From an uncultured Bacilli bacterium (GTDB lineage: Bacteria; Bacillota_I; Bacilli_A; RFN20; CAG-826), in the NCBI GenBank assembly GCA_944350325.1, contig CALVOS010000038.1, forward strand, positions 1 through 60,747: DNA of 60,747 nucleotides. The letters are read 5' to 3'. Every line of letters starts with the position of its first letter. The stretch's first letter is position 1. This document shows positions 17,097 through 26,103 of this stretch, piece by piece. Position numbers and translations under genes: made by a program. The notes below the pieces were generated by a model. That model did no database searches. It saw only the letters and a program-made list of their open reading frames with translations, and had not been told where the DNA came from.

Positions 17097-18338
17097 CTAG
17101 TCCCTCCCGAAGAGGTCCCTGGTGTAGACCTTGTCCATGCAGGGGCGGATCTTCTCGTCCACCCGGTTGGCGAGGATGACGTCGGACTCATGGACGAAGC
17201 GGTCGAAGTCCCTGACGACCTCGCTTCCGAAGAAGGAGTCCTCCTTGAGGATCGGCTCGAAGACGATGACCTTCGCGCCCTTCGCCTTGATCCGCTTCAT
17301 CACCCCCTGGATGGAGGAGCTGCGGAAGTTGTCCGAGCCGGACTTCATCGTCAGGCGGTACACCCCGACGACGACGTCCTTCCCAGGGACGCCGTTCTCC
17401 CCGAGCTCATGGGACGTCCCGAAAAAGCCGGCCCTCTCCAAGGCGCGCTCGGCGATGAAGTCCTTCCGCAGGCGGTTGCTTTCCACGAGGGCGCTGATGA
17501 GGGTCTCGGGAACGTTCTCGAAGCTCGCCCTGAGCTGCTTGGTGTCCTTGGGAAGGCAGTAGCCTCCGTAGCCGAAGCTCGGGTTGTTGTAGAAGTCCCC
17601 GATCCGGGGGTCGAGGGAGACCCCGCGGATGACATCCCCCGCGCGAAGGCCCCGGACCTCGGCGAAGGTGTCGAGCTCATTGAAGAAGGCGACCCGGAGG
17701 GCGAGGTAGGTGTTCGCGAACAGTTTCACGGACTCCGCCTCCCCGCTTCCCATGAAGAGGACGGGGGTCCCCTGGTCGGCCTGGTCCCGGAGGAGGTTTG
17801 CGAAACGCACCGCGCTTTCCTTGAGGAAGGGATCGGAGAGGTCCCCGCCGACGATGATGCGGGAAGGGTGGAGGTTATCTGCCAGCGCGTGGCTCTCGCG
17901 CAGGAACTCCGGGGAGAAGAGGAAGAGGTTCCTCCCGTACTTCTCCTTGAGGGAGGCGGTGTAGCCGAAGGGGACGGTGGACTTGATGATGAAGGGGACC
18001 TTCCTCCCCTCGGTCATCCGGAGGCCCAGTTCGATCGCCTTCTCCAGCTTTGAGGTGTCGAAGTAGTTCTTCCTCGGGTCGTAGTCCGTCGGGGCGGCGA
18101 GGATGACCATCTCGGTCCCCTCGTAGGCCTCCTCCGGGTCAAGGGTGGGCAGGAAGGAGAGCCCGTCCCTGTGCTCCATCCAGTTCTCAATCAGGGAGTC
18201 CTTGATCGGGGAGATCCCTTTCTTGAGGAGGGAGACCTTCCTTTCGTCCACGTCGAGCCCCCGGACCTCCTCTTTTTCGGAAAGGAGGATGGCAAGGGAG
18301 AGCCCGACATAGCCAAGCCCCACCACAGTGATTCTCAT
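17097..18338 (-). CDS. ugd: UDP-glucose 6-dehydrogenase
   Basis: MRITVVGLGYVGLSLA is present, with GGYCLPKD around the catalytic Cys. Confidence 0.94.
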   Translation of the reverse strand: MRITVVGLGYVGLSLAILLSEKEEVRGLDVDERKVSLLKKGISPIKDSLIENWMEHRDGLSFLPTLDPEEAYEGTEMVILAAPTDYDPRKNYFDTSKLEKAIELGLRMTEGRKVPFIIKSTVPFGYTASLKEKYGRNLFLFSPEFLRESHALADNLHPSRIIVGGDLSDPFLKESAVRFANLLRDQADQGTPVLFMGSGEAESVKLFANTYLALRVAFFNELDTFAEVRGLRAGDVIRGVSLDPRIGDFYNNPSFGYGGYCLPKDTKQLRASFENVPETLISALVESNRLRKDFIAERALERAGFFGTSHELGENGVPGKDVVVGVYRLTMKSGSDNFRSSSIQGVMKRIKAKGAKVIVFEPILKEDSFFGSEVVRDFDRFVHESDVILANRVDEKIRPCMDKVYTRDLFGRD

Positions 18339-18406
18339 GGGGAGATTGTAGCACCTCCGGAAGACCCCCCGCGCGAAAGGGGCGAGGCTCGTCTATACTT
18401 ACCCAT

Positions 18407-19261
18407 ATGGCTGGAAACAAGACGTACGAGGAGCTCCAGGAAGCCCTCTTCGGGGGGCTCGTCGAGATCCTCCGCGTGTGCCAGGAGGAGAAGATTCGCT
18501 TCTTCCTGGGAGGAGAGACCCTCCTCGGGGCCTACCTCAGGAAGGACTTCCTGCCCTGGTCCTACAAGGCGGTCCTCTTAATGCCGCGGGAGGACTACGA
18601 GGTGTTCCGCATCCTCCTTGCGACCGGGAACATGCTCTCCAGGCTCTATGTCCTCCAGGACAGGACCACCGATCCCCGCTACCCGGAGGGCTTCCTCCGC
18701 ATGAGGGAGCGCTTCACCCTGGTGGAGATCCCTTCGGAAGTCGAGCAAGGCCTAGAGGACAAGGGGGTGGCGATCGAGATCCGTCCCCTGGATCCCTCGA
18801 GGACCGGGAAGATGACGAAACTCGCGCGGCTTCGCCTCCAGGTGGAGAAAAACGAGAGGAGGATCGCCCTCAAGCTCGCCCCGGAAGGGCTCAAGAAGAA
18901 GATGGCGGGGCCTTTCTCCCGCCTCCTCTCTAGGCTCCGGAGCGAGGAGTCCCTCCTGAAGAGGAGGAGGGCCCTCGAGAAGAAGATGGCCCCGAAGGAC
19001 GGATCGAAGCCAGAGGCCTGGCTTGACCTTTACTCGGACTCCGTCTTCCGCGATTCCGTCTATCCCCGGGAGATGATGGAGGGAGAGAGAACCCTTTCCT
19101 TCCATGGGAGAGAGTTCCCCGTCCCCCAGGACATCGAAGGCTACCTGAGGCTTGTGTACGGGGACTATCGGAACAGGGACTGGGAGAGCATGCCAGATGA
19201 ATCCCTCCTCCCGACGAAGATCGTAGCCCACATGGACTTCCGGCTGGGCAGGAAGGGGTAG
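18407..19261 (+). CDS. LicD-family-like protein lacking the acidic catalytic motif
   Basis: GGETLLGAYLRKDFLPWSYKAVLLMPREDYEVF aligns with the LicD consensus G(G)TLLGAvRhkGfIPWDDDiDv.MPR.DYe.F. The WDDDID segment is replaced here by WSYKAV. Confidence 0.7.
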   Translation: MAGNKTYEELQEALFGGLVEILRVCQEEKIRFFLGGETLLGAYLRKDFLPWSYKAVLLMPREDYEVFRILLATGNMLSRLYVLQDRTTDPRYPEGFLRMRERFTLVEIPSEVEQGLEDKGVAIEIRPLDPSRTGKMTKLARLRLQVEKNERRIALKLAPEGLKKKMAGPFSRLLSRLRSEESLLKRRRALEKKMAPKDGSKPEAWLDLYSDSVFRDSVYPREMMEGERTLSFHGREFPVPQDIEGYLRLVYGDYRNRDWESMPDESLLPTKIVAHMDFRLGRKG

Positions 19262-19270
19262 GAGGAAGAA

Positions 19271-19298
19271 GGCCGCCTGCGGGACGCGGGCGGCTTTT
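19271..19298 (+). terminator. Rho-independent terminator after the licD-like gene
   Basis: GGCCGCC...GGCGGC forms the stem, followed by TTTT (19295-19298). Confidence 0.6.
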
Positions 19299-19359
19299 CC
19301 ATGTAAGAGACCCAAGACAAAACTATCGTCCGAGTGTCCGCTCAAATAGAACGAAAGGC

Positions 19360-20034
19360 CTAATCGCCGAGTTCTTGGAGCGCCTGGTTATAAACGTTAG
19401 AGACAGCCTCAAAGAACAGTTGAAAGGATGCCTTGTGCTCATCTTTATTGACGTTTTTCAGCTTGAGATATTCCTCTCGCAGGCGCACATGCCAATCGGG
19501 AACACATTGCTTCAGCCAAGAGAGCCTTTCTTCCGAGACCCGGCTATTGCCTCCGCGCAACACCCAGCCATATCCCCCGTTGTCATATTTTCTGCAGTAC
19601 TTGGGTCCTTTTCCGTCCCCCAGATCCTGAAAGATGGCAAGATCACAAGAATGGATAATGGTGCGGTTAGATTCATCCAAGAACTTCACCCGGATGACAG
19701 AAGTCCTATCTTCAGGAAACTGGTACCCAGCACCCAGAAAGACGTTTTTGCAGTACTTCAGAATCTCAGTCCGTATCCAAGCTGCACGCCAATACTCATG
19801 CTCGGATGGACGCTCCACAATCACATTGGCGTCGAAGTCAAAACCCTTGTTTCCTCCCCTAACCCTAGTGATGAAACATGAGCCGCCTCGATTAGAGCTA
19901 CCGACAAATTGGAAATGAATGCGGATACCTAAATTGCGGTAGACCAAATCCGCAAGTTCGCTGAGAAGACGGACGAGAACCTTTTTAACCGGGTTCCACT
20001 CGCATTCGGGGACATACTCATAACGTGGCTTCAT
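19360..20034 (-). CDS. Predicted Pol-beta-superfamily nucleotidyltransferase-like protein (224 aa), family unassigned
   Basis: G45-S46 (FVGSSNRGG), D66-x-D68 (GFDFDANVIV) and D131 on a later strand (SVIRVKF...IHSCDLAIF) follow the order of the minimal NTase catalytic core. A strong AGGAGG RBS is present. The gene has A/T-rich codon usage unlike its flanks. Confidence 0.45.
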   Translation of the reverse strand: MKPRYEYVPECEWNPVKKVLVRLLSELADLVYRNLGIRIHFQFVGSSNRGGSCFITRVRGGNKGFDFDANVIVERPSEHEYWRAAWIRTEILKYCKNVFLGAGYQFPEDRTSVIRVKFLDESNRTIIHSCDLAIFQDLGDGKGPKYCRKYDNGGYGWVLRGGNSRVSEERLSWLKQCVPDWHVRLREEYLKLKNVNKDEHKASFQLFFEAVSNVYNQALQELGD

Positions 20035-20335
20035 AAGAACCTCCTAAATGTCCCCAAGCCGCCCATCTGAAAGAGTCTGACTCTAACAAATCATTCTATT
20101 TTTGCCTGCACAATTTGATTGTCAATCCTTGGACTCGACAAATCCACCGCAGAAAGGGAACAACCATAAACGCTTGCGTCAATTCAATAGAGTAACGCTA
20201 TGGAATTTACCGCCAGAAACGGGGGCTTTCTTATCTCATTAGGGCAGAACACGAAGAAAGGACCCTATAGGTAGGGTGTATGCGAGATGGGGTTCTGATA
20301 ATATGTCCGTAGAAAATATACGGAGGACAAAGGCT

Positions 20336-21475
20336 ATGTTCGATTCCTTCAGCGTCCAGGGGTTCCGGGGCTTCGCCAAGAAGACGGCAATCCGCTTCGA
20401 CAGGGCGAGGCACTACGATTTCAACGAGGGTCTCGTAAAGGACGGGAGGGTGAAGCACGCCCTCCTTTACGGACCCAACGGATGCGGGAAGTCCTCCCTT
20501 ACCGAAGCGATTATGGACATCCAGATAAACCGGAACTTAGTACGCGGCCAGGGAGTCAGCCTAATGGGCAATCCGAATTCTTTCCTGAATGGAGATTGTG
20601 AGAAAGAAGCGACTTTCCGGTACGAATTCTCATTCGAAGGCGGCGGAAAACTAATTTACGAGTACGGGAAGCCGTCGTTTTTCGAAGTAGCCTGGGAAAG
20701 AATGTCCATGGATGGGGAAACCGTATTAGATCGAAAGGGGCCTGAAATCAAATGCCATATACCCGGGACGGAAAACGTCAACTTCCGGTCGATGGCACCC
20801 AACGTATCAGCGTTCTTCTATCTCGCGAACTTCCTTTCTTTTCCGGAAGACTCCATATACGGTCAGCTCGTCGACTTTGTCGATCGGATGCTTTGGTTCC
20901 GCTCGCTTCTCCAAGGAAACGAATCACAGTCCGGGGCAATCGTCCCGGGCCCCGAATTTATTACGGACGTCATCGCCCGCGATGGAAGAATCAAGGAATT
21001 GGAAAATTTCCTTAGGGAAAAGACTGGCGTGAACTTATTCCTTGATGAAGGCCCGGCCAGAAACATCGGAGGAGCAATCGCAAGAACTATCGTAGCCAAA
21101 TTCAGGAATCGTTCATTCGATATCGGTTGGCTCTCCTCCTCTGGAACCCAGGCCCTACTCGTTTTCTTCTACTGGAAGAAACACTTCCCCAAGCTCAGCT
21201 TCCTTTGCATCGACGAGTTCGACGCATACTACCACTACGCCCTCGCGAGAGATGTCGTCGAGATCATCAACGGCTTCGAGGGATTCCAGTCCCTTCTGAC
21301 CACCCACAACACCGATCTGATGAGCAACCTTCTCACGAGGCCCGACTGCGTGTTCTTGATGGGAGAAGGAAGTGTCGCGGCCCTTTGCGACCTAACCGAC
21401 AAAGAACTCCGCGAGGTTCATAACCTTGCGAAGATCTACAAGGGAGGAGGGTTCCGCGTCGACCATGGCGAGTAG
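20336..21475 (+). CDS. AAA_21/ABC-type (SMC-like) ATPase of the kind paired with TOPRIM nucleases in anti-phage modules (379 aa)
   Basis: Walker A is GPNGCGKSS, the signature-like motif is LSSSGTQALL, Walker B is FLCIDEFDAYYH and the H-loop region is LLTTHNTDLM. The start was moved to the ATG at 20336 (MFDSFSVQGFRGF), which is preceded by GGAGGA. Confidence 0.75.
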   Translation: MFDSFSVQGFRGFAKKTAIRFDRARHYDFNEGLVKDGRVKHALLYGPNGCGKSSLTEAIMDIQINRNLVRGQGVSLMGNPNSFLNGDCEKEATFRYEFSFEGGGKLIYEYGKPSFFEVAWERMSMDGETVLDRKGPEIKCHIPGTENVNFRSMAPNVSAFFYLANFLSFPEDSIYGQLVDFVDRMLWFRSLLQGNESQSGAIVPGPEFITDVIARDGRIKELENFLREKTGVNLFLDEGPARNIGGAIARTIVAKFRNRSFDIGWLSSSGTQALLVFFYWKKHFPKLSFLCIDEFDAYYHYALARDVVEIINGFEGFQSLLTTHNTDLMSNLLTRPDCVFLMGEGSVAALCDLTDKELREVHNLAKIYKGGGFRVDHGE

Positions 21476-21608
21476 CCAGGGCCCCACCTTCCTCGTCCTA
21501 TGCGAAGGGGGAAAGGACGAGAAGGAATTCCTTCGGAAATACTTCGCCGCCCTTTGCCCGGTAGAAGCATCCTACCGCGCTTCCTTTGGTGCCTCCGCAT
21601 CTACTTAA
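21465..21608 (+). pseudogene. Truncated TOPRIM-like (RloB/DUF4276/DUF4435-like) partner ORF, 47 codons
   Basis: Its ATG overlaps the ATPase 3' end by 11 nt. The product MASSQGPTFLVLCEGGKDEKEFLRKYF resembles the N-terminal h-h-h-x-EG-x-x-[DE]-x-x-[FY] strand and acidic motif of these families. The frame closes at TAA 21606-21608, whereas such proteins are normally about 200-300 aa. Confidence 0.45.
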
Positions 21609-21713
21609 AGGCGGGTGCCGCCATTTCTTCATGCAAAAGATTCGGGAGTGGTTCCAAAACCGCCTTCGACAAGATGCCAATGGTCCTATGAGAGCTAGGA
21701 CTTATGGAATGTC

Positions 21714-22919
21714 ATGGGCACTATTCCTAAAATCAATGGCATGTCAGCAGAAGGTCAGCCAAACAGGAAAATGCCCCACTTCTCCATCGTTATCCCCTGC
21801 TACAACGCGGAACCCTACATCAGGGACATGCTGGTCTCCCTTCTCCAAAACGGTGCGAAGGAATCCTTCGAGCTGATCCTCATAGAGGACGGCTCCACGG
21901 ACGGCACCAGGAAGACGATAGAAAGCGTCTTTGAAGACTCCTTCCTCGGAAAAGAGGAACGCCCCCTTGGCCATGGAGAAAGAGCGGGCCTCCTCCATTA
22001 CGAAAAAGAAGGACTGAACGTCTATCTCTTTCCGAAAGAAAAGAACGAAGGTGTCTGCAAAGGGAGGAATGACGGCCTTTTGCTCGCCCGGGGGGAGTTC
22101 ATCATTTTCCTTGATGCCGACGACGTGGTGGAACCAGGCTACTTCGCCTTTCTCGTTGCCTCGTCGCTGGAAGGGAAGGACATGGCGATGTTTGGCCTCT
22201 TCAAGACGGAAAACGGAATCGAGGAAAGGGTCGCCCCTCTTCAGAATTACGGAGAGCTGCCCGAGAAGGAAAGGAGGGAAGTCCTTTTCCGTCAATTCAT
22301 AGGGATGGACCTCAAGGCATGGTCGCTTTGGAGAAAGGGGAAGCTATCTTCCTGCCGGGAATGGGACGGAATCTATCGTTATGTCTTTCGAAGAGATTTT
22401 CTTCTGGAACATGGCCTTACGTTTGAACAACAAACCGTGCCGGAAGAAGACAACCTCTTTCTGGCGGGGTGCGCCTGCTGCGTAGGCGACGTGATTTGCT
22501 TCCAGGAAGCCTTTTATCACTACTTCATCCGCCCTACCGGGCTGATGAGGCAAGCGCGGGAGGCTAGCCCCCTTTGGAAAGCGGAAATGTACTCAAGGCG
22601 GACCGAATCGCTAGGGAATCGGATCGAGGAGTTTCAGAAAGCCAACGGAGCAGAGGTTGGCTACGAAGCGATCGCAGGAACCATATTAGGATTCTTCATG
22701 CGCATGGGCGTCTTCGCCCCCTTGCGTCTCCATACCAAGGCATTTGCCCCTCTATACAAGGTCCCTTCCTGCCGAAGGACTCTCAAGGAAGGGAAGCTGA
22801 AGGATATCGACGGCTTGCTTGGAAAAGGCCTGCTCCTCCTTCTCAAGTTGCGCATGCTGTTCCTCTTCCATCTCCTCTTCCGCCCTCTTGCGAGCTACTT
22901 TAAAAAACATCATCCCTAA
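21714..22919 (+). CDS. Family 2 glycosyltransferase (GT-A) with a C-terminal extension
   Basis: FSIVIPCYNAEPYIRDMLVSLLQN and LILIEDGSTDGT are present, with the DxD in FLDADD. The true start may be an internal ATG (21741 or 21771). Confidence 0.85.
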   Translation: MGTIPKINGMSAEGQPNRKMPHFSIVIPCYNAEPYIRDMLVSLLQNGAKESFELILIEDGSTDGTRKTIESVFEDSFLGKEERPLGHGERAGLLHYEKEGLNVYLFPKEKNEGVCKGRNDGLLLARGEFIIFLDADDVVEPGYFAFLVASSLEGKDMAMFGLFKTENGIEERVAPLQNYGELPEKERREVLFRQFIGMDLKAWSLWRKGKLSSCREWDGIYRYVFRRDFLLEHGLTFEQQTVPEEDNLFLAGCACCVGDVICFQEAFYHYFIRPTGLMRQAREASPLWKAEMYSRRTESLGNRIEEFQKANGAEVGYEAIAGTILGFFMRMGVFAPLRLHTKAFAPLYKVPSCRRTLKEGKLKDIDGLLGKGLLLLLKLRMLFLFHLLFRPLASYFKKHHP

Positions 22920-23048
22920 AGAAACACCTGGGATAAGTAGCCCTTGCGTATTGGCTTCCCCGTCAAGCCCAGACGGCCCTTTCTCCTGATCCGTAGAGTC
23001 AAACCGAAGGCTGATGCCGAGAGCGGCTTCCCTTCGATTCGATAACGA

Positions 23049-24173
23049 CTAACAGGCGTAAGTATCAGGATCGCCCGGATTAAAAGTCTCCGAGCACCAG
23101 ATTACCGCTCCTTGAGTTTTGTTCGTCTCGTTCCGGAACGAATGGGATAGGAAAGGCGGGATGTCGAAGGAGCATAGGCCTTCAGTGACAACTGAGGCGT
23201 CCTCCCAAGAACCTTCCGGGAACACCGGCTTCAGGGAAAGCCGCATGCCTCCCTCGAGGAAAGTGAACCGCTCGATCTTGTGGTGATGGTAGTGCCCGCC
23301 TTTCCCGTAGGAAGGATTCACCGTGTTCCAGGAGACCTGCGCCTCTCCCCCGAAGCCGCCCTTCACCAGCTCCGAGAAGGAACCCCTGGCATCCCGATGG
23401 TCGACCGGAATCAGAACAAGAGGCCTCCCCAAGGCGAAGAGATAGGTCCCGTAGAGACGTTCCAAGAGGAAAGGCGGAATCCCAAAGGAACAAAGTCCCA
23501 GGATGGGGTCCCGATTTTCCTCGAGGGTTGCGAAATGAACGAAGAGCTTCCAGACGGACTCAAGGGAAACCTTCTCGACCAGGGCATCGATCTTTTCCTG
23601 GAGGCCGTCAACGGAGGAATGCATCGTGCCGAATACGATCGCTTCCGCCAGGTCCCCGACGTAGAGAAGGGGAATCCTCGCGTCCTTGGACGTAGGGTTC
23701 AGGGTGATTTCCACGGGCTTCCGTCTCGCGGCAGCGTCCGCCCACGTCGCGATCACCGAGTTATACCCGGGACGGCAGGTAGGCCCGAACACGTTGGAAA
23801 GACGGACGAAACGGATTCCCTTGTCCCCAAGCTTCTCTAGTTCTTGTTCCGCCTTGAACTTGGAATCCCCATAGGGCGTCCTGTTCCCCGCCTGGATGCT
23901 GGAAAGGAAGAGGTAGGGGATCCCCCGCTCCTTCGCCAACGAGGCAAAGCGGACCGTCTCGTCCACGTTCACCAGGAAGAACTCGGAAGCATTCTCAGAA
24001 CGATTGAGACCGTGCGCGTCGATCACGTAGTCGGCCTCGCCATAGAAGGAAAGAAGCTCGTCCTCGCTCTGGCCAAGGTCATAGACGAGAGGCTCGCCTC
24101 CCTGCTCCTTCACGCACAAGGCAAGGAACCTCCCCACGAACCCCTTGCCGCCAAGGACGAGGACTTTCTTCAC
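23049..24173 (-). CDS. capF: CapF/FnlB-type bifunctional enzyme of UDP-L-FucNAc synthesis (N-terminal SDR plus C-terminal cupin)
   Basis: (V)KKVLVLGGKGFVGRFL is the Rossmann motif and YGDSK the SDR motif. The C-terminal cupin-like region includes GGHYHHHK. A GTG start sits in a GTGA overlap with the capE stop. At 374 aa it is comparable to S. aureus CapF. Confidence 0.85.
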   Translation of the reverse strand: MKKVLVLGGKGFVGRFLALCVKEQGGEPLVYDLGQSEDELLSFYGEADYVIDAHGLNRSENASEFFLVNVDETVRFASLAKERGIPYLFLSSIQAGNRTPYGDSKFKAEQELEKLGDKGIRFVRLSNVFGPTCRPGYNSVIATWADAAARRKPVEITLNPTSKDARIPLLYVGDLAEAIVFGTMHSSVDGLQEKIDALVEKVSLESVWKLFVHFATLEENRDPILGLCSFGIPPFLLERLYGTYLFALGRPLVLIPVDHRDARGSFSELVKGGFGGEAQVSWNTVNPSYGKGGHYHHHKIERFTFLEGGMRLSLKPVFPEGSWEDASVVTEGLCSFDIPPFLSHSFRNETNKTQGAVIWCSETFNPGDPDTYAC

Positions 24174-25189
24174 CGGAACATCTCCAGCTTGAACAGGAGC
24201 TTCCTCATACCCTCGACGTCGAGCCTCGTCGTGTTGTGCGAGGTATAGCTTTCCGGAATCTCGACATGGCCCATCCCATGCTCGACGTACTTCCCGTAGT
24301 TGAGGTCCCTGTTGTCGGACCTGACCCGGAAGAAGTCCCCCTCGTCCACCGCGCGGAGCATCTCCTCCTGGGTCACGAGGGTCTCGAAGAGCTTCTCGCC
24401 ATGCCTCGTCCCGATGTAGTCGATCCCTTTGTTCTCCGGATAGAAGGACAGGACCGCCTCGGCGAGAGTCCTGATCGTCGCCGCAGGAGCCTTCTGGACG
24501 AAGAGGTCGCCCTGCTCCCCGTGCTCGAAGGCATAGAGGACGAGCTCCACCGCATCCTCGAGGGTCATCATGAAACGAGTCATCTCGGGGTTCGTCACCG
24601 TGATGGGGCTCCCCGACTTGATCTGGTCGACGAAGAGAGGGATCACGGAGCCACGGGAGGCCATCACGTTCCCGTAGCGAGTGAGACACAGGACGGGGTC
24701 GCCCTCGAGCATCTGCCGGCTCCTGGCGACGACATTCTTCTCCATGAGGGCCTTCGTCATCCCCATCGCGTTGATGGGGTAGGCCGCCTTGTCCGTCGAG
24801 AGGAAGACCGCCTTCTTCACGTGGTTATGGACGCAGGCGGTGATCACGTTGTCGCTCCCGATGACGTTCGTCTTCAGGGCCTCCATCGGGTAAAACTCAC
24901 AGGATGGGACCTGTTTCAAAGCCGCCGCGGAGAACACATAGTCCACCCCGCGGAACGCCCCGTCGATCGCGGAAAGATCTCTGACGTCCCCGATATAGAA
25001 CTTCAGGCGGTCGTCCCCGTAGGCCTTCCGCATGTCGTCCTGCTTTTTCTCGTCGCGGGAAAGGATGCGGATTTCCTTGGGCACCACCTTCAGGAGGCGG
25101 TCGACCATCGCGTGGCCGAAGGAACCGGTGCCGCCTGTAATAAGAAAGACCTTGTCTTCCAAATTCCCCTTCAACGTATCTTTTGCCAT
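24170..25189 (-). CDS. capE: UDP-N-acetylglucosamine 4,6-dehydratase/5-epimerase (CapE/FnlA/WbjB type)
   Basis: DKVFLITGGTGSFGHAMV is present and ILSRDEKKQ is typical of polysaccharide dehydratases of this class. The start was moved to the ATG at 25189 (MAKDTLKG), which is preceded by GAGGAGG. Confidence 0.9.
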   Translation of the reverse strand: MAKDTLKGNLEDKVFLITGGTGSFGHAMVDRLLKVVPKEIRILSRDEKKQDDMRKAYGDDRLKFYIGDVRDLSAIDGAFRGVDYVFSAAALKQVPSCEFYPMEALKTNVIGSDNVITACVHNHVKKAVFLSTDKAAYPINAMGMTKALMEKNVVARSRQMLEGDPVLCLTRYGNVMASRGSVIPLFVDQIKSGSPITVTNPEMTRFMMTLEDAVELVLYAFEHGEQGDLFVQKAPAATIRTLAEAVLSFYPENKGIDYIGTRHGEKLFETLVTQEEMLRAVDEGDFFRVRSDNRDLNYGKYVEHGMGHVEIPESYTSHNTTRLDVEGMRKLLFKLEMFR

Positions 25190-25215
25190 TTCATAGCCTC
25201 CTCTAGAAGCAGTGC

Positions 25216-26016
25216 TTATCGAACGTCCCAATATTTCCGGATGCCATAGATCCCCCAACGGAACAAGCAGTACCATCTCCGGAAAAATGGCAAGCCAAGG
25301 AGCTTGTAGGCCCGGTACTGGTAGGGCACCATCCGGAGCTTGTTCTTTGATTTGGAGCCAGAATGAATCGTCAATTCCCCCAAGACGAAAGGATTAGGAA
25401 CCGCCACCGCTCCAGACTTCAATAGCCGTGCGAAAAACACGAAATCTTCCCTTTCCCTATCTTCCGTCGGAAATCTTTGACTCTTGAATTTGGAGAATCG
25501 GTAAAGGGTGCCAAGCGGCGCCATCGGATTCCCCTTGAGGATAGAGTCATACGTGATGACGTCCGGGACATGGAAGACCGTGCTCCCGTTCTCGGTTTTC
25601 CTGCGATAGCTGGAAACAACGATGTCGCAGCCCTTCTCCGTAAGAAGCTCCACCTGAGATTCCAGGTACTCCGGGTCGTAGCGGTCGTCGGAATCAAGGA
25701 AGGCGACGAACTCGCCCTTGGCTTCGTCCAGCGCCTTGTTCCTCGCGGCAGAACTCCCCCCGTTCTCCGGCAAGCGGTACACGCGGATGCGCTCGTCCTT
25801 CTTCCCCAGTTGCTCCGCGATGGAGAAGGAGTCATCGGTGGAGCAGTCGTCGACGATAAGGAGCTCCCAATAGGGGTACGTCTGGTTCAGGACGCTTTCC
25901 ACAGCCCCGGACAAGTAGCGCCCGTAGTTATAAAGAGGCATCACGATGCTCACCAAGCCAAGGTTTTCCTTCGTATCGCCCACAGCCAATTTCCCTTCCG
26001 GACGCCGTCCTCCCAT
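25216..26016 (-). CDS. Family 2 glycosyltransferase
   Basis: VSIVMPLYNYGRYLSGAVESVLNQTY and LLIVDDCSTDDS are present, with the DxD in FLDSDD. The start codon is uncertain. Confidence 0.88.
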   Translation of the reverse strand: MGGRRPEGKLAVGDTKENLGLVSIVMPLYNYGRYLSGAVESVLNQTYPYWELLIVDDCSTDDSFSIAEQLGKKDERIRVYRLPENGGSSAARNKALDEAKGEFVAFLDSDDRYDPEYLESQVELLTEKGCDIVVSSYRRKTENGSTVFHVPDVITYDSILKGNPMAPLGTLYRFSKFKSQRFPTEDREREDFVFFARLLKSGAVAVPNPFVLGELTIHSGSKSKNKLRMVPYQYRAYKLLGLPFFRRWYCLFRWGIYGIRKYWDVR

Positions 26017-26103
26017 ATGTTAGTCAGAATGGGTGCTCCCCAAAACCAAAAAATGCCCGACGGGAGGCAAGGGTTTCCATCCCCAATCGTATAAGATGGG
26101 ACC

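Noticed and set aside
21586-21876. 96-aa ORF bridging the islet and the GT2 gene as a continuation of the TOPRIM-like gene
   Set aside because: Its 3' two-thirds is simply an alternative frame of the GT2 gene. The 5' part shows no recognisable TOPRIM or RloB-like motifs.
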